DNA of 64,000 nucleotides, taken from the NCBI RefSeq assembly GCF_009914755.1, contig NC_060925.1; one strand, written 5' to 3'. Position 1 is the stretch's first letter. Each line of letters begins with the position of its first letter. Below, piece after piece: positions 11,985 to 23,735 of the stretch. The notes under the pieces are model-generated. The model was not told where the DNA came from, made no database searches, and saw only the letters and a list, made by a program, of their open reading frames with translations. A program made the position numbers and the translations under genes. Source of the DNA: the human T2T-CHM13v2.0 reference genome, Homo sapiens.

Positions 11985-12165
11985 TGCCCCCTCATGCACA
12001 CTCATGCCTTTACATGCACAGGCACGCACACATACATATGCACACCTGCAGTCACATTTGCTCAAATACACACATGATCATGCACACAGGTATATGCACT
12101 TGCTCATGTATAAGCACATGAACATACACAATTGCACAACATGTGCATGTCTTCACATCCACACT
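11985..12165. repeat. Degenerate CA/CATG-rich low-complexity tract
   Basis: Visible CACACATG-type repeats. Confidence 0.8.
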
Positions 12166-12950
12166 TACCCCCAGACTCCTTCCTGAATGAAGGCCCCTCA
12201 GGGACCACCTCTGACTCCTATTCCAGGTGTGCTATGAAATTCACCATCAGATTCAAGCCTGAAAGGCGAGCTGGGCAAAGCTGAGCTAAATTTCATTTTA
12301 ATTGTTTGTGGCAGGAACCCAATTTCTCAGGTGATAATTATAATAATTAAAAATGTTGTTATCAGAATGGTGAGGGGGAGATGCTCACTGCTGGCTACGA
12401 GACAATGAGCAGGCAGAGGGTTCCCAGATGGGATCCAGGGATCCAGTTCCAAGTCTCCCACCTCCAATGCAGTCTCGGGTAACTCTGCAGTAAGTTCTGG
12501 GGATGGGAGAGACTGGAGAGACAGGGAGCTCAAGCCAGAGAGCCAAGGGGCTGCTGTTCCAGGGAACACACCTGACAAATGGCCCTTCTCTGTCCGGGCT
12601 AAGAGCTGGGTTCCTGGAGACAAAAGGAGCCAGCAGGGCTGGACCTCCTTCTGCGACCCGCTGCCTGGCATAGGAGCAGGATGTTCCCAGAGGAAGGGCC
12701 GGCTTTGCTGGGCTGTGGGGTATGGAAGTTAGTGGGGTTGCATGGGAGGTGCCACTGCAGGGCAGAGTCATGAGCAGGCTCTGGGGCCAGGCTGGCCTGG
12801 GCTGTGCTGTTGGCCTTCCATGTGCCCCTGGGTGAGTCTCTCGTCCACTCCGCATTGCCATGGCTCTCAGCAACTTCACCGACACCTTCCCAGCCAGGTC
12901 TTCTATGTAGCACCTGATGTCCCTCCCAAGGGAGCTCTGTGTGAGCAGGG

Positions 12951-13020
12951 CCTCATCTCCACTGCCCACCTCTGTGTCCTCAGGACCTCATCTCCACTGC
13001 CCATCTCTGTGTCCTCAGGG
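12951..13020. repeat. 2 x 35-bp tandem duplication
   Basis: CCTCATCTCCACTGCCCA(C/T)CTCTGTGTCCTCAGG(A/G) twice. Confidence 0.95.
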
Positions 13021-13599
13021 CCTGGCACAGAAGAGGCTCATCCAAAATATTAAATATGTGTTTAAGAACTACAGGAATGTGTAAATAAACAGGACAAATC
13101 CATGAGGCAGGCATTCTTACCCCATTCAAAATAGGAGGAATCTGAGGCTCAGAGAGGTGAAGCAACACACCCAAAGTCACACAGCTGGTCAGCAGGGCCA
13201 GAGACAAGGCAGGGGAGGGTTGGTGACAGAGCTGGGGAGTGACATGGATCCTGGGGAGAGACAGCAGAGCTGCCGTGCACGTAGATGAGAAATCAAATGT
13301 TTTACAAAGCTCAGCCAACACGTGGGAAACTCAATCCAGCATGCCTGCATGTGGGAAGCCCCAGTGATCTGGGGGAAAATGTGGGAGGAGGTGGGGAGCA
13401 GCCTTGTTTGCACAAAGGCCTCACCACCTCCAATCACCTGGATTCTCAGAGTCGGGGACGCCAGGGCCTGGCCAGTCACCAGGAGGTTGGGGGCAGAGAA
13501 GGGTGGAGCAGGGCCAGGCCCTACCCAGGTCAGCAGCCAGGCCCCGCCCCTGTGCTCCTGGCTGCTCTTCCCACCTAGCTTTTCCCTCCCTGACCTCTG

Positions 13600-13760
13600 T
13601 AGGTCCTCCCAACAGCCCTGCATTAAGGGCAGGAATCATCTCCACTTTGCAGATGAGGCAACTGAGGCTCAGAGAGGCCAAGTGACTTGTTCAAGGTCAC
13701 ACAGCAAGTCCACAGCAGACCCAGAACTGACCAGGCCCTGACTCCCAGCCCAGGGTGCCG
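13600..13760 (-). mobile_element. MIR SINE
   Basis: CACTTTGCAGATGAGGCAACTGAGGCTCAGAGAGGCCAAGTGACTTGTTCAAGGTCACACAGC. Confidence 0.85.
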
Positions 13761-14469
13761 AGTCCTGCCTCTCTGGCTTCTTCCTGGCTGCCCTGGCCCA
13801 GAGCCCCTGCTGGGATCCCCAATCCCATCCTGTCCTCAGCTACCACCAGCCCTCTCTGCTCCACCAAGGGCCCCAGCCAGGGCTTAGCTCAGAGCTGCTG
13901 GAGACTTCCAATCCCTACTCCAGCCTCTGAGCCCAGACCCTTTGCCCCCACTGTCCCCAGACATTGGGCCAAGGAGACATAGGATATCTGGGTTGGCAGG
14001 GACCCCATGAGGCCTCTGGCCCAAACCCCTGGATGGGTGAGAGCAATGGTCCCTCAGCAGCCACACTGTGCCCCTCACCTCCATCCCCGAAGCCCCCCAG
14101 GGCCCGGCTTGGGCAGCTGCTCTCCTCCCTGCATGTCTCCCAGCTTACTGCCTTATTTATCCCCTGACAGAGTTATGTGAATTCAGGTCTAAGGTTTGAG
14201 TTACAAACTTCCAGGGGAAGGAGGGTGGCCGGCGGCACCTGCAATTACTAAGAGGCATTGGTGATTTACTCTGCAGGGAAATGTTTGCTTCTCTGGAAGG
14301 ATCATCTCAGATCCTCCTTGAAGTCTGGGATTTACTGAGGCTTCTCTTCCCCAGGGAGCTGCAGGGCAGACGAGGGTGGGGGTGGAGTGACAGAGGTTGA
14401 AGCAGCCCCAGAACCCCCATACAGTGAAGAGCAAATCTCGACAGTGTAGTTGGGAAGAAGAACATAGGA

Positions 14470-14670
14470 AGATGGACTTAGGGCTCATCCAGGGTCTGAG
14501 TTTGAGTCCCTGCCCTGTCACAGCCAGCTGTGTGGCCTTGGGAAAGTCACTTGACCTCTCTGGGACTTGATTTCCTCTTCTGCAACATGAGGACAGTGAC
14601 ATCTGTTCCATAGGTAATAAGGCTTAGATGAGAAGTCACATGGAAGCTCCCTGCTTGATAGGTGCTCAGC
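14470..14670 (+). mobile_element. MIR SINE
   Basis: AGCTGTGTGGCCTTGGGAAAGTCACTTGACCTCTCTG. Confidence 0.75.
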
Positions 14671-15559
14671 AAATCTGTCTTCTCCCTTCTTGCTTGTTTG
14701 AGTCTCTCCTGACCAGATCACCTGCTCCAAGTCTCCTTCCTAGAATTCCTCCAAGGGCCCGTCCCTGCACAGGCCCTTCTGCTTCCAGGGGTTCTGGACC
14801 TTGTTCTTCTTGAGGTTCTGCCCCTTCTGCAGCTGGAGGGAAAGGCCTGGGCCCAGGCTGTGCTGGCAGGAGCAGAGACTGGCCCGGCCACAGGGGACCC
14901 AGGATGCGCAGAAGGTGCTGCATAAGCCCAGGGGTTGTTGGAGCGCAGCTGCTTCCCTGCTGATGAGTTAACAAATCTTGCTGTTGGAAAGGGCCATTGG
15001 CAGAGTCAGGGGCCTCTGGGGCCCAAAGTTCTGCTGTGATCTAAGGGTCAGCAGAAGTCTGTGATGCGCCTGATTTCTAACAAAGTGAGGAGGGACTGGC
15101 AGGGGCTCTGGCCTTGTTAGGTGACCCAGTGTCTGACCTTTCTGGAGTAGGGATGAACTCAGAACCTGGTGGGAGTAAGTGGGAAGGGTCAAGACTGGAC
15201 CAAAGGACCCCAGCGTGCTCCATGGCCTCCTGAAGGGAGGTTCTGAGTCTAATCGGAAACTGACAATCCCCTGCACTACCGCATCACAGCAGGCAATGTC
15301 CCTCCCCAAGGAGGGAGCTGGCGTCAGATCTGCCAGAACCCACCAGAAACCAAGACCCAGGGCTGGCCCTGGGCAGATCTCGGCAGCCCCTCTGTGGCTG
15401 AGCCTCAGTCCTCTCACCTGTGAGTGGGAGGGGTGGTTCTTCCCTCACTTGGTTGTTGTTCAGGTTAAACAGAGTCCCTGCATGGTGCCTGGCAGATACA
15501 TATTAGGTCCTCTTCAGACGAGAGCTGTGATCACTTGGAACCATCTCCTGGGGGTAGAG

Positions 15560-15790
15560 TTGGGTAAGGTGTGGACTTGGGAGCCTGGCTGCTGGCTTCA
15601 ATCCCTACCTGGCCTATACCAGCACTGTGACTTGAGGAAGTGACCTAACCTTTTTTTGCTTCAGTTTCCTCATTTGTAAAATGAGTTAATAGTAGTAAGT
15701 CCTTCCAAGGTTGTTGAGAAGATTCAGTGAGATAATATTGTAAAGTTCTAGAACAGAGGAGGCACACAGAAAGTCTTAATAAAGCCAGCT
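15560..15790 (+). mobile_element. MIR SINE
   Basis: CTGTGACTTGAGGAAGTGACCTAACC...TCAGTTTCCTCATTTGTAAAATG...GGTTGTTGAGAAGATTCAGTGAGATAAT. Confidence 0.85.
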
Positions 15791-17249
15791 TTTCACGGTT
15801 GTGTGCTGGTGTGGTTTCACGGTCATTGTCCAGCCTTTTCTCTTAATGGCCCCTCCAGACCCTACAGGCTAACTCTGCATCACTGTGGTCTGTGAAGGAC
15901 CTTGTGGTTTCCTCCAGGGTCTGCTCTGACCTCTTCCTGCTCTGACCCCTATCCTGCCTTCACACACACATGCACATATGCACATGTGCACATATATACA
16001 TGCTCTCTGGACCGCATGACTCAGGAGTGCCCAGGGCCATCTTTGGATCCTTGCCTCTCCCTGCCCAGGGCTGCCCATCTCCACAGCAGTGTGGGCATCG
16101 GGCAGAGGCTTGGCAGGACTGGTTCTGCCCTCCTACCTCTCCCTGAGCTGCCCCATCTATTCATGGAGCTTGGACTCTGACAGCCCAGTGCACCCCTGCA
16201 TTGAGGGGATCTCGTGATTGTCATCCCCTACCGTATACTAGGCACTCTGCAATACCCTCCTTCTCTGTCATTGAAGGAACAGTTTTGGAAAAAGGAGCTC
16301 TGGAGGCCTGACCCACCCATGGACAGGTGGGGACTTTGCCTACACAATAGGTTTTATTTTCTTGTTTGTTTGCTTTTGAATTAGTTGATAAAAATGTAAA
16401 ATCTAAAGATTTTTCATAAAGTAACATCTGAGAAACTGACATCCTGGGCCTGTGTTTCACCAGGCAACAGTGGCTACAGCCAAGTGCAGTAGCCTCTGTG
16501 CAGGGCCCCCGGCTCTCCATGATCCCCACCTGCCTCCATCTATCACTTGTGTTACCTGCTTGGCCCCTAATGATATTTGAGCTTGTGACCCTGCTGCAGA
16601 GACCCAGCTTGCCCTCTCTACAGATGAATAAATTGAGCCCAGGGAGTAACGGGGTGCCATGAGTTCGTTCCATTCTGATTGTCACCTCCTTGAGCGCAGG
16701 GACATTGGTCTGTTTTAGTCACTGCTATGTCTCACCAAACCAGAGCTGTGCCTAGTACGCAGCAGGTGCTCAATAATATTTACCGTGTGTTAAAATTCTT
16801 GACTGTCACTTGGCAGATTTCAGGCAGAGTCAGTGCTCAAAGCAATTGCAGCCCAGCTGCATTTTCCCTTAGACTATCAGGTCCCAAGACAGGTTCCTGC
16901 ACCCCCATGTATGTGCATGACCCCTCCCCCACCACCACATGCCCCCCACAAACATACGCATTGCCTCAACTCAGATGCTTTTAAGGTCTAATCCAAATTA
17001 TCCCTGGAGTGGATGGCAGGCCTTCTGCAGAAACCATCACTTGTCACTGTGGTATGTGACTTTTAGGACCAGGCAGGAATCAGCCCAGGAAACAAGGAAG
17101 AGAAGCAAGGAGCATCCATTTTTATTTTAAATCTGCTCAGCCTCGTTTTCACTTGCTCCTTTAACACCCTAATTTTCCTTTGGGAAATTAGCATTAATGA
17201 AATAAAATGTGGAAGCCTTATGTGATAGGGTCTGTCCTTTTAAACAGCA

Positions 17250-17490
17250 GGTGGTGAGCCCAGTGGTTAAGGTGCTGATTTGCGCAGACCTGGGTTCAAA
17301 CTCTGAATCCACAAAGTCCTGGCTACGTGGCCTTGGGCATGGCATTTCTGAGCCTCAGTTTTCTTATCCATAAAATGGGGATACTAACAGTATGTAACTC
17401 ATCTGGCTGTTGTAAGGGATAAATGAGATAATACAGGTAAATCGCCAAGTCCAGCGTTGGCTGCACATGGCTGATCGTATCATTATCACC
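17250..17490 (+). mobile_element. MIR SINE
   Basis: AGTGGTTAAG...CCTGGGTTCAAA...CTGAGCCTCAGTTTTCTTATCCATAAAATGGGGATA. Confidence 0.85.
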
Positions 17491-18539
17491 AACCTTGCAC
17501 GGATATGACTCTGTGAGGAAAGGCACAATGAATAAACATTCATCAGCATGCTTTCCCATGCTGCTTTTCAATGAATTTCTCTGTCACTATAATCACAGGT
17601 AGCACATACATATAATAAAATAGTGGTTCTCCCACGGCAAGCGAGTTACCTCTTCTATAGGCAATGCCTGGTACAGAGATAAATTTGGGATCCTTTGCAA
17701 TAATCAGGAATTTTGGACCCTGGTCAAAGCCAATGAGATTTCTGACATTCACAGTTATGGGGATGCTGCGGTGACAGGCACTGACTGTGCCCAGCCTTGC
17801 CTTCCCTGCCCCCACCACAAACACAGCATAGGCCTCAGGCAGCCTTCTGCTCAGCCCAGAACTTCAAGTGCTATTAGCTGAGGTTTGTGGTTCTCTTTTT
17901 TCCTGATGAATATGTAAGTGCCCCCTAGGATGGGCAGAGATGACAGTTGTAATAAAATTGGTTCATTACTTCCCTCTACACGGAGCCATTTAATGAACAT
18001 GCAGCTGAAGGCACCAAGGCCCCTGAGCAAATGCAAATGAAACAGGTTCCACAGTATCATTTAATTTGCTCAGAGTGGGGGTCTGGGAAGTAGAGGAGAG
18101 AGTATAGCACAGAGGCAGAGAAAGCAGGGTGAGGGAGGGAGGGCATCAGGAGGGGGCAGAGAGGATGAGGGAGGGCAGGAAGGAGGGGAGAGAGGGGGAA
18201 GGAAAGGGAGAGTGAGCAAGGAAGAAGGGAAGAGGAGAGATGGCTCCCTTCATTATTTTGTATTTGACTTTCCAAAGCCCCCTTGCGTGGAAGGCAGGGT
18301 TGGGCAGCCTCATTATTCTCACTGGAAAAGTGAGGACACCAAGTCCTACCATGTGCTGTGCAGGGCATTGAGTGCTGGGGACCCACAGTGGATGAGACAG
18401 ACAGGGTCCTGCCTCTGTGAGATTCAGTCTGGTGGAGGAGACAGACACGAAGCAAATAATTATGTTGATAATACATGGAAGTGCAAGTCAGGCCATGTGA
18501 GCCTTGCATGATGATGTATAGAAGAAGGTAGACAGCCTT

Positions 18540-18776
18540 GTTAGAGGTGAGCTCTGAAGAGTGATGGCCTGGGCTGGGATCCCATCCCTGCAAGGCTGTG
18601 AGACCTTGAGTGAGTTGCCTAACTTCAACAGCCCTCAGTTCCTTGACTAGAATATTGAGATCATAAAACAGCTACCTAATAGGGTTGTTATGAGAACTAA
18701 ATTTATTAATACATGTAAAACACTCAGAACAGTGTCTCAATAAATAAAGTGCTCAATAAATGTTAGCTATTATTAT
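18540..18776 (+). mobile_element. MIR SINE
   Basis: Ends ...ACATGTAAAACACTCAGAACAGTGTCT...GCTCAATAAATGTTAGCTATTATT. Confidence 0.85.
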
Positions 18777-18929
18777 ATTAAGAGCTAAAAGGGAAATAAA
18801 GAGATTGAAAGGTCCTGGCTTAGATCAATAAATCAGGAAGTTCTTCTCCATGTAAGTGGCAAAAAGCTGGAACCTAGAGGGATGAGCAAGAATCAGTCCA
18901 GAGAACAAGGAAGAGAAGCAATGAGCATC

Positions 18930-19470
18930 TATTTTTGTCTTAAATCTGCCCAGCATCCTTTCCTCTTGCTCATTTAACACACTCTAATTTTCCTTTGGGA
19001 AACAGCTTCCTATATCACTTTCAGTGCATGTAGGTGGGGCTGACCCCAAGCTCTTACTCCAGAGTGGGCATGCAAGCCAGGCATGGCTAATGAGTGAATT
19101 CCACTCCTGGTCACTCCTGATCGGGCAGGAGGTTGGCAGATGATCCAAGCCAGGCCCCCCAGTAAGAGGAAAATACCAAGGACTTTTGTTTAAACTATCA
19201 GCAAAGAAGTATGATAGGCCAGCACGATGTACATTTGGAGCTACCTCTGACCATTTTCAACTCAGATGGTAGAACCTTCCTGAGAATGAAGTCAATGCAA
19301 AAGAAAACCCAGCTAAGAGATGGGAAGAGGAGGTATCATTTGACTTCTTGGACCCAGCCATGCCTGATTGGACTTTTCAGGTTAAAAAAAAATAGCCAGT
19401 AAATCTCCACCCCTGCATCACCAGTTTCTTCATTTTGCTTATACTGAGTTGATTTTCTGCCCCTTGTAAT
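18930..19470 (+). mobile_element. MaLR LTR (old MLT1K/L-like)
   Basis: TAATTTTCCTTTGGGAAAC...GGGGCTGACCCC...GATGATCCAAGCCAGGCC...CCAGCCATGCCTGA...AGCCAGTAAAT. Confidence 0.6.
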
Positions 19471-20088
19471 GGGAAGAGTCCTCTGTGATAATGCACATTC
19501 CTGCCAAAGGTCATGGAGTGTAATGAGGCCCTGTGGAGGGCAGAACCACAGTCTACAGAAGAACGCGAGTGTGGCCGGAGCACAGTGAGCGAGCAAAAAG
19601 TGAGGACTTTGTTTCAGATGCAGAGGGCCCATGGATCCTGAGCATAAACCGGAAAAGAGGAGAGATCCAATGTAGGGATTAAAAGGCTGGACATGTCCAA
19701 AGCAAAAACATCCAGCTCCTCTCATAGGTGTCCCCCATGGCCTTCCCAAAGGCTTTGCTTCTCATTATGGCTCAACACTCAGTGCTTTCTTGGAAGGGTC
19801 GAGCTAAAGACCCAGAGACAGGACTGGAAAGGCCCTTAAATGCCACATAGTCTAATATCCCCGTATATTATCTAATTTCTAATTGGCTAAGTAATGCTTG
19901 AATATATTTTCATGGAAAGAAGGACGGAAGTAGGGAGGAAAGAAGGGGAAAGAAGAGAAGATGAAAGGGAAAAGGAAAAAAATTCTTACCATATGGATAA
20001 AATAAGGAGACTCATTTTCACATGAGGAATGAAGTTTAGAGAGGTTATATGACTCACCCAAAGTAACACAGCTCATTTGAAGCAGTTG

Positions 20089-20390
20089 GGCCAGGCGTGG
20101 TGGCTCACACCTGTAATCCCAGCACTTTGGGAGGTAGAGGAGGGGTGATTGTTTAAGCCCACACATTTGAGACCAGCTTGGGCAACATAGTGAGACCTCG
20201 TCTCTACAAAGGATTAAAAAACATAGCTGGGCATGGTGACGAATGTCTGTGGTCCCAGCTACTCGGGAGGCTGGGGTAGGAGGGTTACTTGAGCCTGGGA
20301 GGTTGAGCCTTCAGTGAGCTATGATTGGGTTACTACATTCCAGCCTGGGTTACAGAGACCCTGTCTCAAAAAAAAAAAAAAAAAAAAAAA
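20089..20390 (+). mobile_element. AluJ-type SINE
   Basis: GGCCAGGCGTGGTGGCTCAC start, dimeric body, pure poly(A) tail; TSD AAGCAGTTGG at 20080-20089 and 20389-20398. Confidence 0.97.
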
Positions 20391-20539
20391 GCAGTTGGTA
20401 TTAGGATCTGGCTTGAAATTTTATATCCCATCAAATGTCCCATAAAATGCACCCCCCAGCAAGGTTGTCAGGTGACTGAAGACAGGAATGCAACTTCTGA
20501 AGCAACACCTCTCCCCTATTAAGTACAAAAGCTCTTGGG

Positions 20540-20785
20540 ATAATAATAACTACTTTTCAAAGCACTGACTATGTACCAGTCTCCATACTGAGTGGTTTAT
20601 TCTCATAATTTCATTTAGTTCTCATCACAGTCCTATAAGGTAAGGTACCCCTGTTATCTTCACTTGCTGGACACAGCAACCAAGGCATAGAAAGAGGTTA
20701 AGAAATGCAGCCAAGTTCAGACAATTTGTAAGTGGTAGATCCAGGATCTGAACACAAGCAGTCTAACTCCAGAGTCTATGCCTTC
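20540..20785 (-). mobile_element. MIR SINE
   Basis: AATTTCATTTAGTTCTCATCACAGTCCTATAAGGTAAGG...GAGGTTAAG...GCAGTCTAACTCCAGAG. Confidence 0.75.
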
Positions 20786-20904
20786 ATTTCTGATCACAAA
20801 ATACAGTTTGCAAGAGCAAATTTCCCATAGCAACCAGCTAATTCCGCCCAGGAGACAAAAGCAAATGAGTGACCCCAGAAGTCCGAAGACGAAGGCATCC
20901 CTTC

Positions 20905-20925
20905 AGAGCTCTCCGCGGTGCTGAA
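20905..20925 (-). promoter_or_regulatory. REST/NRSF binding site (RE1/NRSE)
   Basis: Minus strand TTCAGCACCGCGGAGAGCTCT vs consensus TTCAGCACCACGGACAGCGCC; both half-sites and the canonical 2-bp spacer intact. Confidence 0.75.
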
Positions 20926-23529
20926 ACCCACCTGTCTGTAACTCTGGCTGACTTCAGTGTTTGTCCTCTTTGAACCCGGCCCCTTTGTTTTGGCTACTTT
21001 TGATAACCCCTCTATGTTTTAAGTTGCCATCGGATCATTCCTTTTCCCATAAGGTGCCCTAGCTGAGCCCTGGGCCGACAGTCCTGTTACCAGGCCATGT
21101 CCTTATTGGCTTTTTCTCTTAATCAAATCTTTACTCATCCCTGAGCTTAAAGGAAGAAAGGAGAAACAGTCCCTGTCCCCATGGAGCTACAGTCAGTTTG
21201 GGGGAGATAAGGCAGACAAGGGACACATTAGATGAAACCCAAGACTCCCAGCACAGCACATAAGGTCCCACAGGATCTACTCTAATGTCACCTTTTGCCT
21301 CTGACATTACCTGTGTGTCTGCTATTCTCTGGCCACAGGATGCATCTCTAACTTCTGGGACCATTCCCAAGCTGCTTCATCGGGCCTGTAAGGGTGGAGT
21401 ATGGAGTTAAAAGGCAAGTGGCACTACTAAATGGGTCTGGGGGTGGGTGGGGGCAAGGGCAGGGCCTTGTAAGCCTTGTTGTGGGGTTTTAATTTTTCTC
21501 CTGAAGGCCACATCCTGGAGCCACTGACAAGTGTGAAGTGAGGAACTGACGTGATCAGATGTGGATATCAGGGGTCAAGGCTGGAGGTCAGGAGATCATT
21601 GAGGAGGCTGTTGGAAGGTCCAGGTGAGAGATGATGGCAGCTGACCAAAGAGAGAGGAAGCCCTTTTCCACCACACTTCCCTGCTCGATTTCCTCCCCTG
21701 CATCCATCATGCTATACATTTTCTTGGCATTTTTTCATTGGTTATTATTTGTCTGTTTCTCTGCATGAAATTCAGTAATAAGGAGGCAGGAACTTTGTTT
21801 GCCTTGTTTACCACTGCATCCCTGGTTCCGGATATGCAGCAGGTGGGTGAGTGATGAGTGTAGAGAGGGTTGGAATGGGGAAGATTGGTGATGGTGTATA
21901 CAGGATGTCTGGCAGAGAAAATGAAGCTTAGGGTGCAGAATATGTGAGGAGCCTCAGGGTCTGGGGATGGAGCCCCCACACTCTTCTGCTACAGGTCTGG
22001 GTTTGGGCAGTGAGCCTGCAAGTGAGACCAAGTTGTCTCAGCTGTGATGGGAGGCAGTCTGCTGAGGCTGGGTTGGGCAGGTTCTGCCAGGGCTCTGATG
22101 CTGATCCACTTCCATAGATGTAGACCACAGATGCCCAGGATGAGTCTGGGGCAGGGGGCCAGGCGCCAGTCCCTCCCAGAGACTCTGAACTCTATGGCCA
22201 AAGCTTAGGTTTCCTGGAATTGTTTCCTACCCCCACCCCTGTTACCATTTCTATGATGTAAGGAACCCAGTGATTTAGGGCATGGATGTAGAAGATTCCT
22301 GAGTGAGATCATCTGGAAGGCAGCTCTGGCTCATCATGCCAGATCTGGGCTCCTCCACCTTCCTGGATCCTGACTCCTCTGCCATGACCCTGGGGATGGT
22401 GTAGCCAGGGTCCCACACCCCAATGGCACTGACAGGTACCTCCTCTGGGAGGCCCCATGGTGGCTCTGGGCCTGTCCCAGAGGCTCTCTCTGCCCTTAAG
22501 GAGCTCCTGGTCTAGCAGGGTTGGGGGTTAGGGACAATAGGTGGACCTGCTATCACTACCCAGGGGCTGAATAACTAACAGGAGCAAGCCCGGGGCTGTG
22601 GGGACCCTGAGCAGGGGCTCCTGACCTCTCCTGGGGGTCAGGGAAAGCTTCCTGGAAGAGGGTGATACCTGAGCAGAGGAGCAAAGAGTGTACTGGAATT
22701 AGACAAGTGAAAGGCAAGCAAAGAGCTCCAGGGAGAAGGGCCAGCAAGAGGAGAGAGCTGGGGCCTGAGGGAGTGGGGCGTGGGGGGAGTGGAGTCTGGG
22801 GCAGGCAGGAAATGAGGCTGGAGACATGAGACATGAGTGGGGGCTTCTTCATGTTCATCCCAGAGTTCCCACTGAGTGCCAGGCCCACCGCTGAGGGCTC
22901 AGGGACAAAATAACTCTTTCTGCTTGAGACCACATCTGTGCTGACTCAGAGACAGAAGGGCCAGAGCCTCCTCCCTAATGAATCCTGGGCCTGGAGTGCA
23001 CACACTCTTCAGCCCTGTCCTCCTGTCCCCCTCCTGCCCTCTCCTGTGCATCTAGGGCACTATGGTAGGGTGAGGTCTGGGTGGGGGAACTGCCAGCAGG
23101 CTGCCAATTTCTCTTCAGGCAATTTGTGGAAGAGGTTTCCAGAAAGGGCAGCTGTGATTAACTCAAATGAACTGTAAAACTCTATTTAGTTTAAAGGCTT
23201 TGCAAGCCAGGATATTAGTGGCAGGCAGGGTGGGGTTATGGGAGACTGATTAGCAGCCAGTGGGGCTGCCCCTGGAGCTCACCAGTCAGCAGACCCTGGC
23301 CAAGCATCCACCATGTACCAGGTCCCATGCTGGGCTCTGGGCCTCAAAGACAGGTGAGACCCAGGTGGCCCTGGAGAGCTCACAGCCCAGGCCCCATGGA
23401 GAGATGAGAAATTGGCAGTTTTAGAACAGTCAGGGAAATGCTTGTGAGGGGGAAACAGGAGTGTGGAGGAGGGGCCCTGAACCCGGGAAGAGGTGCCTGG
23501 GATGGGCAGAAGCGACCTCGTGCAAATGA

Positions 23530-23735
23530 CCTGACTCAAATCCCAGCTCCATCATTTACTTCCCAGATGAGAGCCCTTGGCCAGATGCTTCATGTGTGAA
23601 CCTCAGTTTTTCTTCTGTAAAATGGGAATGGATAATAGCTATCCCTGCAGGGTTGCTGTGGGTGTTAAATGGGATAACCACGTAAAGCCCACAGCACAGT
23701 GCCTGGTACACAGTGGCTCTCAGTACACACCAGCT
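23530..23735 (+). mobile_element. MIR SINE
   Basis: CCTCAGTTTTTCTTCTGTAAAATGGGAATG...GCACAGTGCCTGGTACACAGT. Confidence 0.8.

Noticed and set aside
22127-22145. Minus-strand LILGIC peptide resembling the start of the PTPRU transmembrane segment
   Set aside because: Only about 19 nt match, similarity does not extend, and it lies downstream of the pseudo-exon (wrong order); likely chance.
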